Virus genome (UHGV): UHGV-0177678 | Length of the DNA: 39,658 nt | DNA from: a virus | Reading direction: 5' to 3' (one strand) | Part shown: positions 1 to 8,016 of the stretch, piece after piece | Numbering within the stretch: position 1 is the stretch's first letter | How the letters are laid out: each line of letters starts with the position of its first letter | Position numbers and translations under genes: made by a program | The notes under the pieces: generated by a model | The model's database searches: none | Told to the model about the DNA's origin: nothing | Seen by the model: only the letters and a program-made list of their open reading frames with translations

Positions 1-191
1 CCAAGAAACGAAATAATCGCGAATATCGCCTGTTTCCATATCTGGTGCGGCTCAGACGTCAACACATAGAGCGCAGCACCTCCGAGAGAGAAAAGCATTA
101 CGCCGGGAGTGGCTTCGGGGAAAAGGGTAGCAAGCGTCACCCCCACAGTCCCGGCAGCAAACCCACCAGCTACAGTTAATGGATCAGACAT
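1..191 (-). CDS. Lysis-cassette membrane protein, N-terminal part (putative holin or antiholin). It is cut by the window edge and reads in frame into 39451..39658 if the ends are joined.
   Basis: Start at 191 (CAT at 189-191 on the plus strand), translating MSDPLTVAGGFAAGTVGVTLATLFPEATPGVMLFSLGGAALYVLTSEP... with two hydrophobic helices. The frame is open down to nt 1. It sits just upstream of the second lysis membrane protein and the endolysin. Confidence 0.5.
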   Translation of the reverse strand, partial: MSDPLTVAGGFAAGTVGVTLATLFPEATPGVMLFSLGGAALYVLTSEPHQIWKQAIFAIISFL

Positions 192-266
192 ATGATTTCC
201 GTGTGTAGGGTTCAGGCTATCGGACTGGATTTAACACAAAGTACGTCGAGGATGATTCCCGTAGCC

Positions 267-300
267 TGAAAAAGAAGCCCGCCGAAGCGGGCAAAATGAG
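267..300 (-). terminator. Rho-independent terminator closing the late moron operon.
   Basis: GCCCGC (277-282), loop cgaa, GCGGGC (287-292). On the minus strand the stem is followed by UUCUUUUUC. It lies between the methyltransferase stop at 308 and the holin start at 191. Confidence 0.6.
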
Positions 301-307
301 GGTTAAC

Positions 308-922
308 TCAAGTACGCCTGAAAGCATAAGTACCAACACCTTTGCGCCCGAGCTCACACTCTATATTGTTGTGCTCCACGCATTCGAAGCCCTGCTCTGC
401 AAACCAGCGCCTGATACCTTCATCAGTGAAATACCAGATGTGCTCGTTCTTTCTGAAATGATGGGAGCGGAGAATGTCTCCGGCATCAGTGAAAATCGGG
501 ATCGACACGAACACGTATTCACTGGCCTGCTGTACCGCCAGCTCTGGCTCGTCGATGTGTTCCAGTACATCCCACATCGTCAGTGCTCGCCACTTATTGG
601 CGTAGAGATCTGCGAATGCGCCCCGCTCGTTCAGCCAGGCAATACCAGCCGGATTAACGTCATACCCAAGCGTTCCCGGTCGGGTAGAGACGAACTGACC
701 GGCACCGATACCAACGTCGAGAACAGGGCCGTGAAAATGCCGCTTCACCAGATCAATACGGGATTGCGTTAAAGCTCTGCCCGTTTCGGTTTCGGCCAGC
801 TCCTGATACTTCGCGAAATACTGCTCATCATACGGACGTGATGCCGGAACGGGATAACGTCCGATCCCCAGCTCCGGTAAAAATACCAGCCCGCTTTCCA
901 GTTCCTGATAAAACGACTTCAT
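308..922 (-). CDS. Class I SAM-dependent methyltransferase.
   Basis: Motif I VLDVGIGAG downstream of the chosen start MKSFYQELESG (CAT at 920-922). Last gene of a tightly packed four-gene minus-strand operon. Family assigned from motif recall only. Confidence 0.55.
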   Translation of the reverse strand: MKSFYQELESGLVFLPELGIGRYPVPASRPYDEQYFAKYQELAETETGRALTQSRIDLVKRHFHGPVLDVGIGAGQFVSTRPGTLGYDVNPAGIAWLNERGAFADLYANKWRALTMWDVLEHIDEPELAVQQASEYVFVSIPIFTDAGDILRSHHFRKNEHIWYFTDEGIRRWFAEQGFECVEHNNIECELGRKGVGTYAFRRT

Positions 923-1769
923 GGAGCCAGGCCTCGAATTTATCGGAGAAATTTGAAATCCGCTTGTCGCAGTGGTGATCCCATGCTTCACAGCGGCAGT
1001 AATTGTCGGGAATTGCCCAGCCAACACGAGAAAGGTCCATCGCCGGATCAGTTACGATTTCCGGGGCGTTGTGACCACCTCGCCCACCAGCGACAACGTA
1101 CACCGGCGTTTTATAGGCAATAGCAGCAGGAAGCGCCCAGCCCACTGGCGTAACCACCATGGCGGCATGCTCAATCAGGCGCATCAGCGATTTGAAGTTG
1201 AGCTGGCCGGAGTGCATGCGCAGATCTGCTTCGGGAAGTTCTCCGACGGCCCACTCCTCCCCCTCCTGCAGGTCAGCCACACTGATTACGCAGAAATGCT
1301 TTCTCAGTATCCGGGATGCCTGCAGCAGGTAATCCGGATCAGGATTACGGGAGTCACTGCGCCATTCGCTGCGAACAGTTGCCGGACGAATTACCGCGAT
1401 CGGCTTTTCCGACGTAAATTCAGCGGGTCCGTAAGACGGCAAATCAAGTTCTGACGGCTCGGTGCCAAACTGCTGGCGCATCGCGTCAAATATTGAACCG
1501 CGTCGTAGATGATCCGGACCGTAGAAAATCCGCTTTGTCTGGCGCATATCTGGCGGCAGGTGAAAAGTGGCCTGCGTCCGGTACTCGTTTTTGCGCTGCG
1601 TCCTGAGCGTTGTAAAGCTGCGAACGGGCAGAACGGGCAAATCTTCATACAGTTCAGGCCAGGCGGTCCGAATATAACTACCGGCAGGCAACTGCTTAAC
1701 GAAAGCACGCTGGTAGATGTTGTCACCCATGCCCAGCATGCCATCAATGAATAGAGGAACGTTTAACAT
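828..1769 (-). CDS. GT-B-fold glycosyltransferase resembling family GT9 (heptosyltransferase-like).
   Basis: N-terminal GMGDNIY parallels the WaaC/WaaF SMGD/VGDM motif. C-terminal LIEHAAMVVTPVGWALPAAIAYKTPVYVVAGG parallels the GT9 motif LI..A..VT.DSG..H.AAAL..P.V.LYGP. Overlaps the methyltransferase by 95 nt and the upstream gene by 7 nt. Confidence 0.45.
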   Translation of the reverse strand: MLNVPLFIDGMLGMGDNIYQRAFVKQLPAGSYIRTAWPELYEDLPVLPVRSFTTLRTQRKNEYRTQATFHLPPDMRQTKRIFYGPDHLRRGSIFDAMRQQFGTEPSELDLPSYGPAEFTSEKPIAVIRPATVRSEWRSDSRNPDPDYLLQASRILRKHFCVISVADLQEGEEWAVGELPEADLRMHSGQLNFKSLMRLIEHAAMVVTPVGWALPAAIAYKTPVYVVAGGRGGHNAPEIVTDPAMDLSRVGWAIPDNYCRCEAWDHHCDKRISNFSDKFEAWLHEVVLSGTGKRAGIFTGAGDRTLSRSGITSV

Positions 1770-2314
1770 GCTACCTCGCGTAATGCCTCATTGAGGCCGA
1801 GACGCCGGAAGCACTTAAGCGCTGTCTGGCGGCTGCTGTTGATGATATTTACCTTACCGCCCAGCGCTCTGGCAGTATTGGCAAACTCCCCGCGCCACCG
1901 CGTAACGCCCTCTGCTGTTGGGTTATCCAGATCGGCGTGATCGCCATGCCAGTGACTGCCGCCATTAATGGAGCAGTCAAACCCTAACAGGATGATGTTT
2001 TTCGCCCCCAGACTGGCAGCAAACAGAATTGAGCGCTGCCCGGAGTTGAAGGCCCACCGGGTATCTGTATCAAACAGATTTAGCCCATAGCGTTTATGAG
2101 CCCGGTAATTACAGGTCCAGCGAGAGGCGGAGGACGGCAGAACATCGATGTTTGCATCCCACCAGCGCAGATCACCCGCGTAAATGTATTCACAATCAGG
2201 CACGGCTCGCCAGGTGGAGTTAACAGCAATAACCGGCAGCCCCGATCCGGAGATCAGTTCGCAATCTGCTTTATTGAGGGATGGGCCTGATGCACAAATG
2301 ATGAATGTATTCAT
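1763..2314 (-). CDS. DUF115/Maf-like (MptE-like Rossmann) protein, putative nucleotide or sugar transferase.
   Basis: N-terminal FIICASGPSL resembles the G-x-GPSL motif recalled for DUF115/motility-accessory-factor proteins. 183 aa. Sits in the operon with the GT9-like protein and the methyltransferase. Confidence 0.3.
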   Translation of the reverse strand: MNTFIICASGPSLNKADCELISGSGLPVIAVNSTWRAVPDCEYIYAGDLRWWDANIDVLPSSASRWTCNYRAHKRYGLNLFDTDTRWAFNSGQRSILFAASLGAKNIILLGFDCSINGGSHWHGDHADLDNPTAEGVTRWRGEFANTARALGGKVNIINSSRQTALKCFRRLGLNEALREVAC

Positions 2315-2321
2315 GCATGCG

Positions 2322-2645
2322 CTACTTAATTTTATCTACCCATTCGCGCCAGCGCGCCTCGCGTATTTCAGGGGGCAACCGCTGGTCTTCAAAATGATTA
2401 GACAGATTTATTGAATCTGGAAGCAACGCCCAGGCAACATAGAACTCATGCGGCTCGAACTCGCCACCAGCAAACTCGTATGCACCGACATGGTAAACTT
2501 CACCATCTTCTTCGAATGCCAGTACGTGGGCAATATGCCAGCCATCGCAGGGGTTAAGCAGAAGAACCCATTTACCGTCGAGCTCCTGCGTCAATTTTTC
2601 ACTGGCAGGACGAAAAACCAATTGCTCAGTAATTTGTTGAGACAT
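2322..2645 (-). CDS. Small acidic hypothetical protein, first gene downstream of Q.
   Basis: Chosen start MSQQITEQLVF (CAT at 2643-2645) preceded by GGAG. The longer ORF-track start at 2828 would run into Q and the promoter region. 107 aa. Confidence 0.45.
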   Translation of the reverse strand: MSQQITEQLVFRPASEKLTQELDGKWVLLLNPCDGWHIAHVLAFEEDGEVYHVGAYEFAGGEFEPHEFYVAWALLPDSINLSNHFEDQRLPPEIREARWREWVDKIK

Positions 2646-2760
2646 GCAGGCTCCAGAAACGTCAAAGCCCCACCATTTCTGGCAGGGCTCGATTATTAAG
2701 CGTTGTGTCGAAGTGACCACTCTTAACAGGATATTCCGTTTTTTACGTACGTAAACACTT
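2646..2760 (-). promoter_or_regulatory. Putative late promoter and qut region with a tR'-like hairpin.
   Basis: 115-bp non-coding gap immediately 3' of Q on the minus strand. It holds TTTACG-16nt-TATCCT and TAATAAT-like elements, the palindrome TTTACGTACGTAAA, and an interrupted hairpin GCCCTGCCA-GAAA-TGGTGGGGC followed by a UUUGACGUUU tract (about 2657-2688). Confidence 0.3.
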
Positions 2761-3168
2761 TTATTTACCAGCCACCAATTTAACTTCTGGCTCCCGCGAT
2801 ACATATCTGTCCATCTCAAGCCGTACATCGAGCATCATCAACATACCTTCAACTACCCCTTCAGCTTTCTGAAGTTTTTTCCCAATATGACCGTCAGAAC
2901 AGGCATGTTTACGGGCCAGCGCCATAAAGGTCATGCCCATCACATAATAATCCACCAGCAGATCATGCAGGTCCTGGTTATTTTTATTCAGCCTGGCGAT
3001 GCACCCGCAGATAACCATTGCATCATCATCACAGCATTGTGGCCGCGATTTTACCCTCGCCGGAATGAGTCCTTTAAATCCAGCAGCAATAGAAGCCCAC
3101 GTAACATCTTCATTATTATTGGCTGCCCACGCTCCCCAGCGCTCTAATACCTGTTGGATGTCCCGCAT
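2761..3168 (-). CDS. Q: Late antiterminator Q of the phage 82/21/QuuD family.
   Basis: [34 protein letters not shown]...[18 protein letters not shown] closely matches the remembered QuuD/Q82 N-terminus and its Cys-rich zinc motif. Its start overlaps the primase stop (TAATG). Confidence 0.8.
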   Translation of the reverse strand: MRDIQQVLERWGAWAANNNEDVTWASIAAGFKGLIPARVKSRPQCCDDDAMVICGCIARLNKNNQDLHDLLVDYYVMGMTFMALARKHACSDGHIGKKLQKAEGVVEGMLMMLDVRLEMDRYVSREPEVKLVAGK

Positions 3169-4142
3169 TATGCCGCCTCTTTTTGTTTCTTGTAGAAGAC
3201 CAGCTCACGAACCTCATCGCCATTCATGAGCATATCGTTAAAGTCACCGTTGTCCGGCCAGCGTACGCTGACTTTCACAAGGTCATTTTTCGCCAGCAGA
3301 TTGGCGTGGGCGCACTCAAACGCCGCCGCCTGACCGGTGGCAGAATGCTTGTCCATGTCAGCGAAAACGATCAGATGTTTTACCCCTGCCGGCACCCGGA
3401 ATTTTTTCATGAAATTGCTGTTCATGACCGCCCAGGTATTCACGCCATAAATCTGATAGCAGGAGAGCGCAGTTTCGATCCCCTCTGCGATCCCCAGCGT
3501 TGAGGACACGGGAAACATGCGAATGGCAACTGAGCGGGCGTATTCGAGGTAGTTGTCTTCCTGCAGGGATTTTTGCCGTTTGGCGCTTTCGCCCAGCGGC
3601 GCTTTCCGATCCCCTTCGAGCAAGGTCCGGTGGAGATAGCACAGCTCACCTTTATCATCGGTGGCAAGAGCATAGAGAGCATGATAAATCCTGCCTGCAT
3701 GGCGCTGCTTTTCGCAGAACCGGATCGCCTCAGAGGGTAATTTGTTGATCCCGCGCTGGCGCAAATAACCTTCCCCGTTGGTACCGCGCAAGGGCAGCAG
3801 CTTCGCGAATTTACTGATGGCGCGCTGGCGTAGCTTCGCCGCCGAGCTGTTGGCCGGGATTTTCTCCCGGCGGTAGTCATTGCCAATGAGCTGATCAACC
3901 TCCGCGCAGAGTGCTGAGAAAGTCTTCCCGGTTTGCGTGAGGGAGAGTAGTTTCATGCCGTCGCCGCTGCCACAAACGCAGATCCACGTCCCGGCACCGT
4001 CGCGGTCGTCAATGCGAAACTTGCTGCGTGCGCCGCATACCGGACATTCTCCCTTGTAGTGATTTTTCCCTGTTATCGGCGGCAAGCCGTAATGTTCAAG
4101 AATTTCCGTCCAGCGGCCTTTTGCCGCTTCTGCTGTCTTCAC
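3168..4142 (-). CDS. DNA primase with an N-terminal zinc ribbon and a Toprim domain.
   Basis: CPVCG...CVCGSG zinc-ribbon motif. Toprim signatures IAEGIETAL and FADMD. GTG start whose GTGA overlaps the helicase stop. Confidence 0.65.
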   Translation of the reverse strand: MKTAEAAKGRWTEILEHYGLPPITGKNHYKGECPVCGARSKFRIDDRDGAGTWICVCGSGDGMKLLSLTQTGKTFSALCAEVDQLIGNDYRREKIPANSSAAKLRQRAISKFAKLLPLRGTNGEGYLRQRGINKLPSEAIRFCEKQRHAGRIYHALYALATDDKGELCYLHRTLLEGDRKAPLGESAKRQKSLQEDNYLEYARSVAIRMFPVSSTLGIAEGIETALSCYQIYGVNTWAVMNSNFMKKFRVPAGVKHLIVFADMDKHSATGQAAAFECAHANLLAKNDLVKVSVRWPDNGDFNDMLMNGDEVRELVFYKKQKEAA

Positions 4143-5761
4143 GCTGTTCTTCTCCCCAGCATACTACGAATGTTTTCAACCTTTTGTTTTGCGCTGATAA
4201 TCCGGCTTGTGGTGGCCGGACTGTCGGCGGGCTCACCCGCCTTGCTGTCGGCCTTCTCCCGCCCCTTCGCAAATTTGATGAGTTTGTGCCTGATGTAGTT
4301 GTTTACCTCCGGGGTAATCTCCATCGGAAAATCGCTCAGCCCGTTGGGCCATTCATTGAACTTTTCGCGGAATGTATGCGCACACCAGCCGTCGCTGATG
4401 GGTTTCCCCATCGAAGTGCGCTGGCGCTGATAGAATTTGATCTGGCTCCACCAGGACTGTTTGTCCGATTTGGTGTAAACCTTTTCGCCCTTGCTGAGCT
4501 TTTTGATATTGCGTTGCGTGTCGGTTTCCACATCCTCGCCGACCAGCGGTTTAAATCCGCATTTCGGGCAGACGTAGACACCTGCAGGCTTCATGAAATG
4601 ACACTCCGGGCATTCCTTCGGGAGTTTTTCCTCCCGTTCTTCGGATATGCGAGCTGCAGCTTCTTTCATCCCGTCGTTTTTGGAAGGAAGATCGTTGTAC
4701 TCGATGGCGTCAGGAAATCCCAGGCGATGGACGGTACCGCTGTGATCGAAGATAAGGCAGGCATCTTTTCCCGGGGCAGTTCGCAGACCACGGCCCAGCG
4801 CCTGAAGCCAGCGAATTTCGCTTTTTGTCGGTCGGGCGTAAATGATGCAACGAACGTCACTGTCGAAGCCCGCCACCAGTACGCCGACGCTGACGATGAT
4901 TTTTGTAGCGCCCGTCTCAAAACGGTGGATCATCAGCTGTCGTTCTTCGTGCGGCGTTTCAGCCACCATGACTTCGGCGTTAACACCGGCTTTGTTGAAC
5001 TGCATAGTGACGTAATTGGCGTGGGCCTTATTGACGCAGAACGCCACCGTCGGCAGGTCACGGCCATTACGCAGCCAGTTATCGACAATATCACCCACCA
5101 GATCGGAGCCGCACATAATCTCCGCCAGCTGTGCTTCGTCGTAGTCGCTGCCATACTCCATCGAGGCTTTTGTCTTAACGCCTTTCAGATCCGGTTTAGT
5201 TGGCGCGAAAAATTCGTAATTACTCAGATCACCGCGCTGAATAAGTTCTCCGATAGTGGTCGGCTTAATCAGACGCTGGTAGTAATTCCCCAGGAAGGGT
5301 GAAAACGGGGTTCCGGACAGGCCAATAACCTTCGCTTTGGTTTTTGTGGTGATCCGTTCAATCTCTTTAAGGATGCGGCGTTTGCGCAGGTGGGCTTCAT
5401 CCACAATCAGCAGATCGATATCCTGAGGAAATTCGCGGCGGATCAGCGTGTCAGCGCTGGCGATCTGAATCTGCAGGCTGGGGTCATAGTTCGGATGGTC
5501 GCGCCAGATAAAGCTGATCTGGTCCTCCGGAAGGCCATACTGAGCGAAGCGCTGCGCCGTCTGGTTAATCAGGATGGTGTAAGGGGCGACAAACAGAACG
5601 CGCATACCACGACTTACCAGACCAGCAGCAACGAAAGCAGCCAGACCAGTTTTGCCGCTGCCGGTGGGCATATACATCATGAAAGATTCGTATGCCTTCC
5701 AGTCACAGCGCAGCATATTGAGTGCGCGTTCCTGTGCAAAATTCGGTGTGATGTTCAACAT
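4139..5761 (-). CDS. SF2 DEAD/DEAH-box helicase with a C-terminal Cys4 zinc ribbon, putative replicative helicase.
   Basis: Walker A PTGSGKT. Motif II LIVDEAHL. C-terminal CPECH...CPKCG. ATG at 5761 (MLNITPNF) preceded by GGGG. The ORF-track start at 5767 is a TTG. Confidence 0.7.
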   Translation of the reverse strand: MLNITPNFAQERALNMLRCDWKAYESFMMYMPTGSGKTGLAAFVAAGLVSRGMRVLFVAPYTILINQTAQRFAQYGLPEDQISFIWRDHPNYDPSLQIQIASADTLIRREFPQDIDLLIVDEAHLRKRRILKEIERITTKTKAKVIGLSGTPFSPFLGNYYQRLIKPTTIGELIQRGDLSNYEFFAPTKPDLKGVKTKASMEYGSDYDEAQLAEIMCGSDLVGDIVDNWLRNGRDLPTVAFCVNKAHANYVTMQFNKAGVNAEVMVAETPHEERQLMIHRFETGATKIIVSVGVLVAGFDSDVRCIIYARPTKSEIRWLQALGRGLRTAPGKDACLIFDHSGTVHRLGFPDAIEYNDLPSKNDGMKEAAARISEEREEKLPKECPECHFMKPAGVYVCPKCGFKPLVGEDVETDTQRNIKKLSKGEKVYTKSDKQSWWSQIKFYQRQRTSMGKPISDGWCAHTFREKFNEWPNGLSDFPMEITPEVNNYIRHKLIKFAKGREKADSKAGEPADSPATTSRIISAKQKVENIRSMLGRRTA

Positions 5762-5767
5762 TATCAA

Positions 5768-6085
5768 CCCCTTTACGTTTTACTCTTCCAGGAAAAACCT
5801 TTCCCGATTTCATACCCGACCAACTGCGTACTACATTGCTAGTACAGTGGCGTTTTTGGGCTCTGTCTCTGAGATCTGCACCTACCTAACCAATGGAGCT
5901 GCCTTCTGGAAAAGGCCTATTCCCATCCCTCTCCGATCTCCCCCCTTACCCCCCTCTTACCTCTCCCTTATTTATGTACTAGCAAAAGAGTACAATGAGA
6001 CAGTAAAAGGCAATCGGGAGCTACCACCCCACCAGCAGCTGACACCTTTAAGTCAGACTGCAACCGGACATCTTTAAGCCCGGCA
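5768..6085. other. Candidate replication origin or regulatory region.
   Basis: 318-bp non-coding region upstream of the helicase and primase. It has a 47-nt near-pure pyrimidine tract (5922-5968), inverted repeats GTACTA-cattgc-TAGTAC (about 5834-5851) and TGTACT-agcaaaag-AGTACA (about 5974-5993), and CTAGTACA / TGTACTAG as mutual reverse complements about 127 bp apart. Confidence 0.3.
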
Positions 6086-6382
6086 TCATTTGGTGCGGTG
6101 TTGCGTTCCAACCAGGGGTGGTAGAGCCGTATACCCCTGAATTGCACGGCCGTGTGTTTCAACGAACCGGCGAAGCCTCACATTGGCTTCATGCCTTGCC
6201 CGGTTCTCCTTGCGGTATGACACGGGTTCAGCGTCAAACGTGATTTCGTAAACCTCTGCATACTTCAGCGAGACTTTTCGCCTCAGGGATGGAGGTAAAC
6301 CCAGTAGTTGCTGTTGTATCCATGCTGCGTCTGCCTGGCTGTAACGCGATGGCATTTCAACCTGCACATAATCCGTGTACAT
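6086..6382 (-). CDS. Hypothetical early protein (98 aa).
   Basis: ATG preceded by GGAGG (taaccGGAGGcgatATG). MYTDYVQVEMPSRYSQADAAWIQQQLLGLPPSLRRK... No family recognised. Confidence 0.5.
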   Translation of the reverse strand: MYTDYVQVEMPSRYSQADAAWIQQQLLGLPPSLRRKVSLKYAEVYEITFDAEPVSYRKENRARHEANVRLRRFVETHGRAIQGYTALPPLVGTQHRTK

Positions 6383-6393
6383 ATCGCCTCCGG

Positions 6394-6652
6394 TTAAAAC
6401 AGACTGTTCTGTCCCTTACGGGAGACGCGCTTCTTTCCTGCGCTACGTTCAGCCAGTGTTGTCTGTCCAAGGGCCCACTGCCGGGCACGGAAAAGACAAT
6501 CAGCGAACATGCTTCCCTTCCGGCTGGCCTGAGAACAGCGCCGATAATAATCAGCGCCATATTCAGCCCCCCCCCCTGGCGATCTCCGCCGGAAAGCCTT
6601 CACCTACCAGCGCATCCGTGATGTGCTTTTTGATAAATTCTTCCGGTGACAT
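6394..6652 (-). pseudogene. Early gene split by a G10 homopolymer tract (frameshifted or phase-variable).
   Basis: ATG at 6652 gives MSPEEFIKKHITDALVGEGFPAEIARGGG and stops right after the ten-G run (plus-strand C run at 6567-6576). The +1 frame continues as AEYGADYYRRCSQASRK...GQNSLF to 6394. Nine Gs would fuse the two parts into an 86-aa protein. Confidence 0.45.
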
Positions 6653-6653
6653 G

Positions 6654-6872
6654 TCACGCTCCAAACTTGTTCGCGGAGGATTGATAAATATCTGGGCGCA
6701 GTTCTGATCTTGTAATCACCCCAGCAGTCTCTTGCTCAAGCCGTATTGCGAGGTTGAATCCTGCGTTTTTATGCCCGTTAAAAACTAAGCGTAAATAGTC
6801 CCGCGTGGAGCCAACACTTTCAGCTAGATGGGTCTGCTGCTCTTTGGTTAATGAGTTCCAGTACGCTTTCAT
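6654..6872 (-). CDS. Cro-like HTH regulator (YdaS/Cro family).
   Basis: MKAYWNSLTKEQQTHLAESVGSTRDYLRLVFNG... with an HTH. GGAGG RBS. Diverges from the repressor gene across an operator-bearing intergenic region. The ORF-track start at 6944 lies inside that intergenic region. Confidence 0.6.
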   Translation of the reverse strand: MKAYWNSLTKEQQTHLAESVGSTRDYLRLVFNGHKNAGFNLAIRLEQETAGVITRSELRPDIYQSSANKFGA

Positions 6873-6961
6873 TCGATGTACCTCCGTGGTACATATTACA
6901 TCAAAATAATGAACCGTAAAGGAACTTGTACCGCACGGATACAACCTGAGAGAATAACCGT
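6873..6961. promoter_or_regulatory. Immunity-switch operator and promoter region (OR-like).
   Basis: Leftward PR candidate TTTACG-16nt-TAATAT with the half-site GGTACAT over its -10. Rightward PRM candidate TTGTAC-17nt-GAGAAT whose transcript would start at or near the repressor ATG (leaderless, as for lambda cI). Inverted CCGTGGTAC...GTACCGCACGG. Confidence 0.45.
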
Positions 6962-7636
6962 ATGAAAACTGTTCATGAAATCAGGCGTCTAAACGCCAGA
7001 AAATTACGAGATGGTGTTGGTGGAAACTCATTTTTTGCCAACATGATCGATCGTGAGCCTACTCAAACCAGTCGGTTTATGAGCGATGGTGCAACCAAAA
7101 ACATTGGTGATGCTATGGCAAGACACATTGAAAAATGTTTCGACTTGCCTCTTGGATGGCTAGATCAAGAGCACCAAACAACGAATGTTGCAAAAAATCC
7201 AGATGTTTCAGATACTAATAGAAATATTCGGATGGTCCCCGTCATCTCGTGGGTACAAGCTGGCGCGTGGACAAAGGTGGATGAACAAGAGGTTGATTTG
7301 TACAGCACTGAAACCTATCCATGCCCTGTGCCATGTGGGCCGATGACTTATATCCTCAGGGTTATAGGTGATTCTATGATTGAGGAATACCGCCCGGGAG
7401 ATATGATATTTGTTGATCCTGAGGTACCTTCTGTTCATGGTGATGATGTAGTTGCCTTGATGCATGATAGCGGTGAAACGACTTTCAAAAGACTTATAGA
7501 AGATGGTGGCAGTAGGTACCTCAAGGCACTCAATCAAAATTGGCCTGAGCCATATATAAAAATTGATGGAAACTGTTCAATCATTGGAACTGTTATATTT
7601 TCAGGAAAACCAAGAAGATACAGAAACAAACCATAA
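6962..7636 (+). CDS. cI/LexA-like repressor with an S24 peptidase autocleavage domain.
   Basis: N-terminal HTH region. C-terminal catalytic Ser in GDSM and Lys in TFKRL, as in LexA and lambda cI. Confidence 0.8.
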   Translation: MKTVHEIRRLNARKLRDGVGGNSFFANMIDREPTQTSRFMSDGATKNIGDAMARHIEKCFDLPLGWLDQEHQTTNVAKNPDVSDTNRNIRMVPVISWVQAGAWTKVDEQEVDLYSTETYPCPVPCGPMTYILRVIGDSMIEEYRPGDMIFVDPEVPSVHGDDVVALMHDSGETTFKRLIEDGGSRYLKALNQNWPEPYIKIDGNCSIIGTVIFSGKPRRYRNKP

Positions 7637-7646
7637 AATAAATTAA

Positions 7647-7671
7647 GAAACCTGCAATTGCAGGTTTTTTT
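7647..7671 (+). terminator. Rho-independent terminator after the repressor gene.
   Basis: AACCTGCAATTGCAGGTT perfect hairpin followed by TTTTTTT. Confidence 0.75.
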
Positions 7672-7675
7672 ATGC

Positions 7676-7734
7676 TTGACAGTGTACCTTTAAGGTACAT
7701 AATGTACCTATCAGAGCGATCGATGAGGTACATT
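7676..7734 (+). promoter_or_regulatory. Strong sigma70 promoter overlapped by a cluster of repressor operators (PL-equivalent).
   Basis: TTGACA (7676-7681), 16-17 nt spacer, CATAAT/ATAATG (7698-7704). Near-perfect palindrome GGTACATAATGTACC (7694-7708), plus GTGTACC (7682-7688) and GGTACAT (7724-7730). The half-site GGTACAT matches the OR-region site. Confidence 0.6.
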
Positions 7735-8016
7735 ATGAGCGTGAATAGCATAATCCAGTTAATCGAAATTGACTTAACCAGAGACATTAATGTAACTGAA
7801 CTCGCCAGTGAGGCAGAAAACAAAACAACTTCATTACTTGAAGCAATAAATTTTATTAGCTTAAAAATTATGGAAATGAGCGAAGGCTCAAAAGAAAGTA
7901 ATGACAAAATTAATTCCTTGTCGGGTGTCATTGCTGAATTAGCTGACTTAGCCATGGTGACTAATAAGATTTCAAATGAATCTCACTATCACAGCGGAAT
8001 GCGGGAAAGCAAATGA
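7735..8016 (+). CDS. Small acidic hypothetical protein A in the AT-rich early island.
   Basis: GAGG RBS then ATG at 7735. 93 aa, net charge about -7, coiled-coil-like. The ORF-track start at 7672 is the promoter -35 element, not a start codon. Confidence 0.5.
   Translation: MSVNSIIQLIEIDLTRDINVTELASEAENKTTSLLEAINFISLKIMEMSEGSKESNDKINSLSGVIAELADLAMVTNKISNESHYHSGMRESK

Noticed and set aside
4028-5302. 424-aa plus-strand ORF.
   Set aside because: It lies entirely antisense to the helicase gene, which has clear Walker A and DEAH motifs. No RBS and no recognisable motifs. This is a typical GC-rich antisense open frame.
5652-6077. 141-aa plus-strand ORF across the helicase 5' end and the intergenic region.
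   Set aside because: It overlaps the helicase start antisense and runs through the pyrimidine tract (Pro/Leu/Ser-rich). No RBS. Judged non-coding.
6357-6707. ORFs 6357-6560 (minus) and 6375-6707 (plus) around the G tract.
   Set aside because: They are alternative frames of the same region. The frame pair joined by the G10 tract gives a coherent 86-aa product with a proper start and a downstream gene with a GGAGG RBS. The others are shadow frames.
7672-7734. ORF-track start ATGCTTGACA for the first island gene.
   Set aside because: The ATG is part of the -35 TTGACA element, upstream of the operator palindromes. The real start is the ATG at 7735 after a GAGG RBS.
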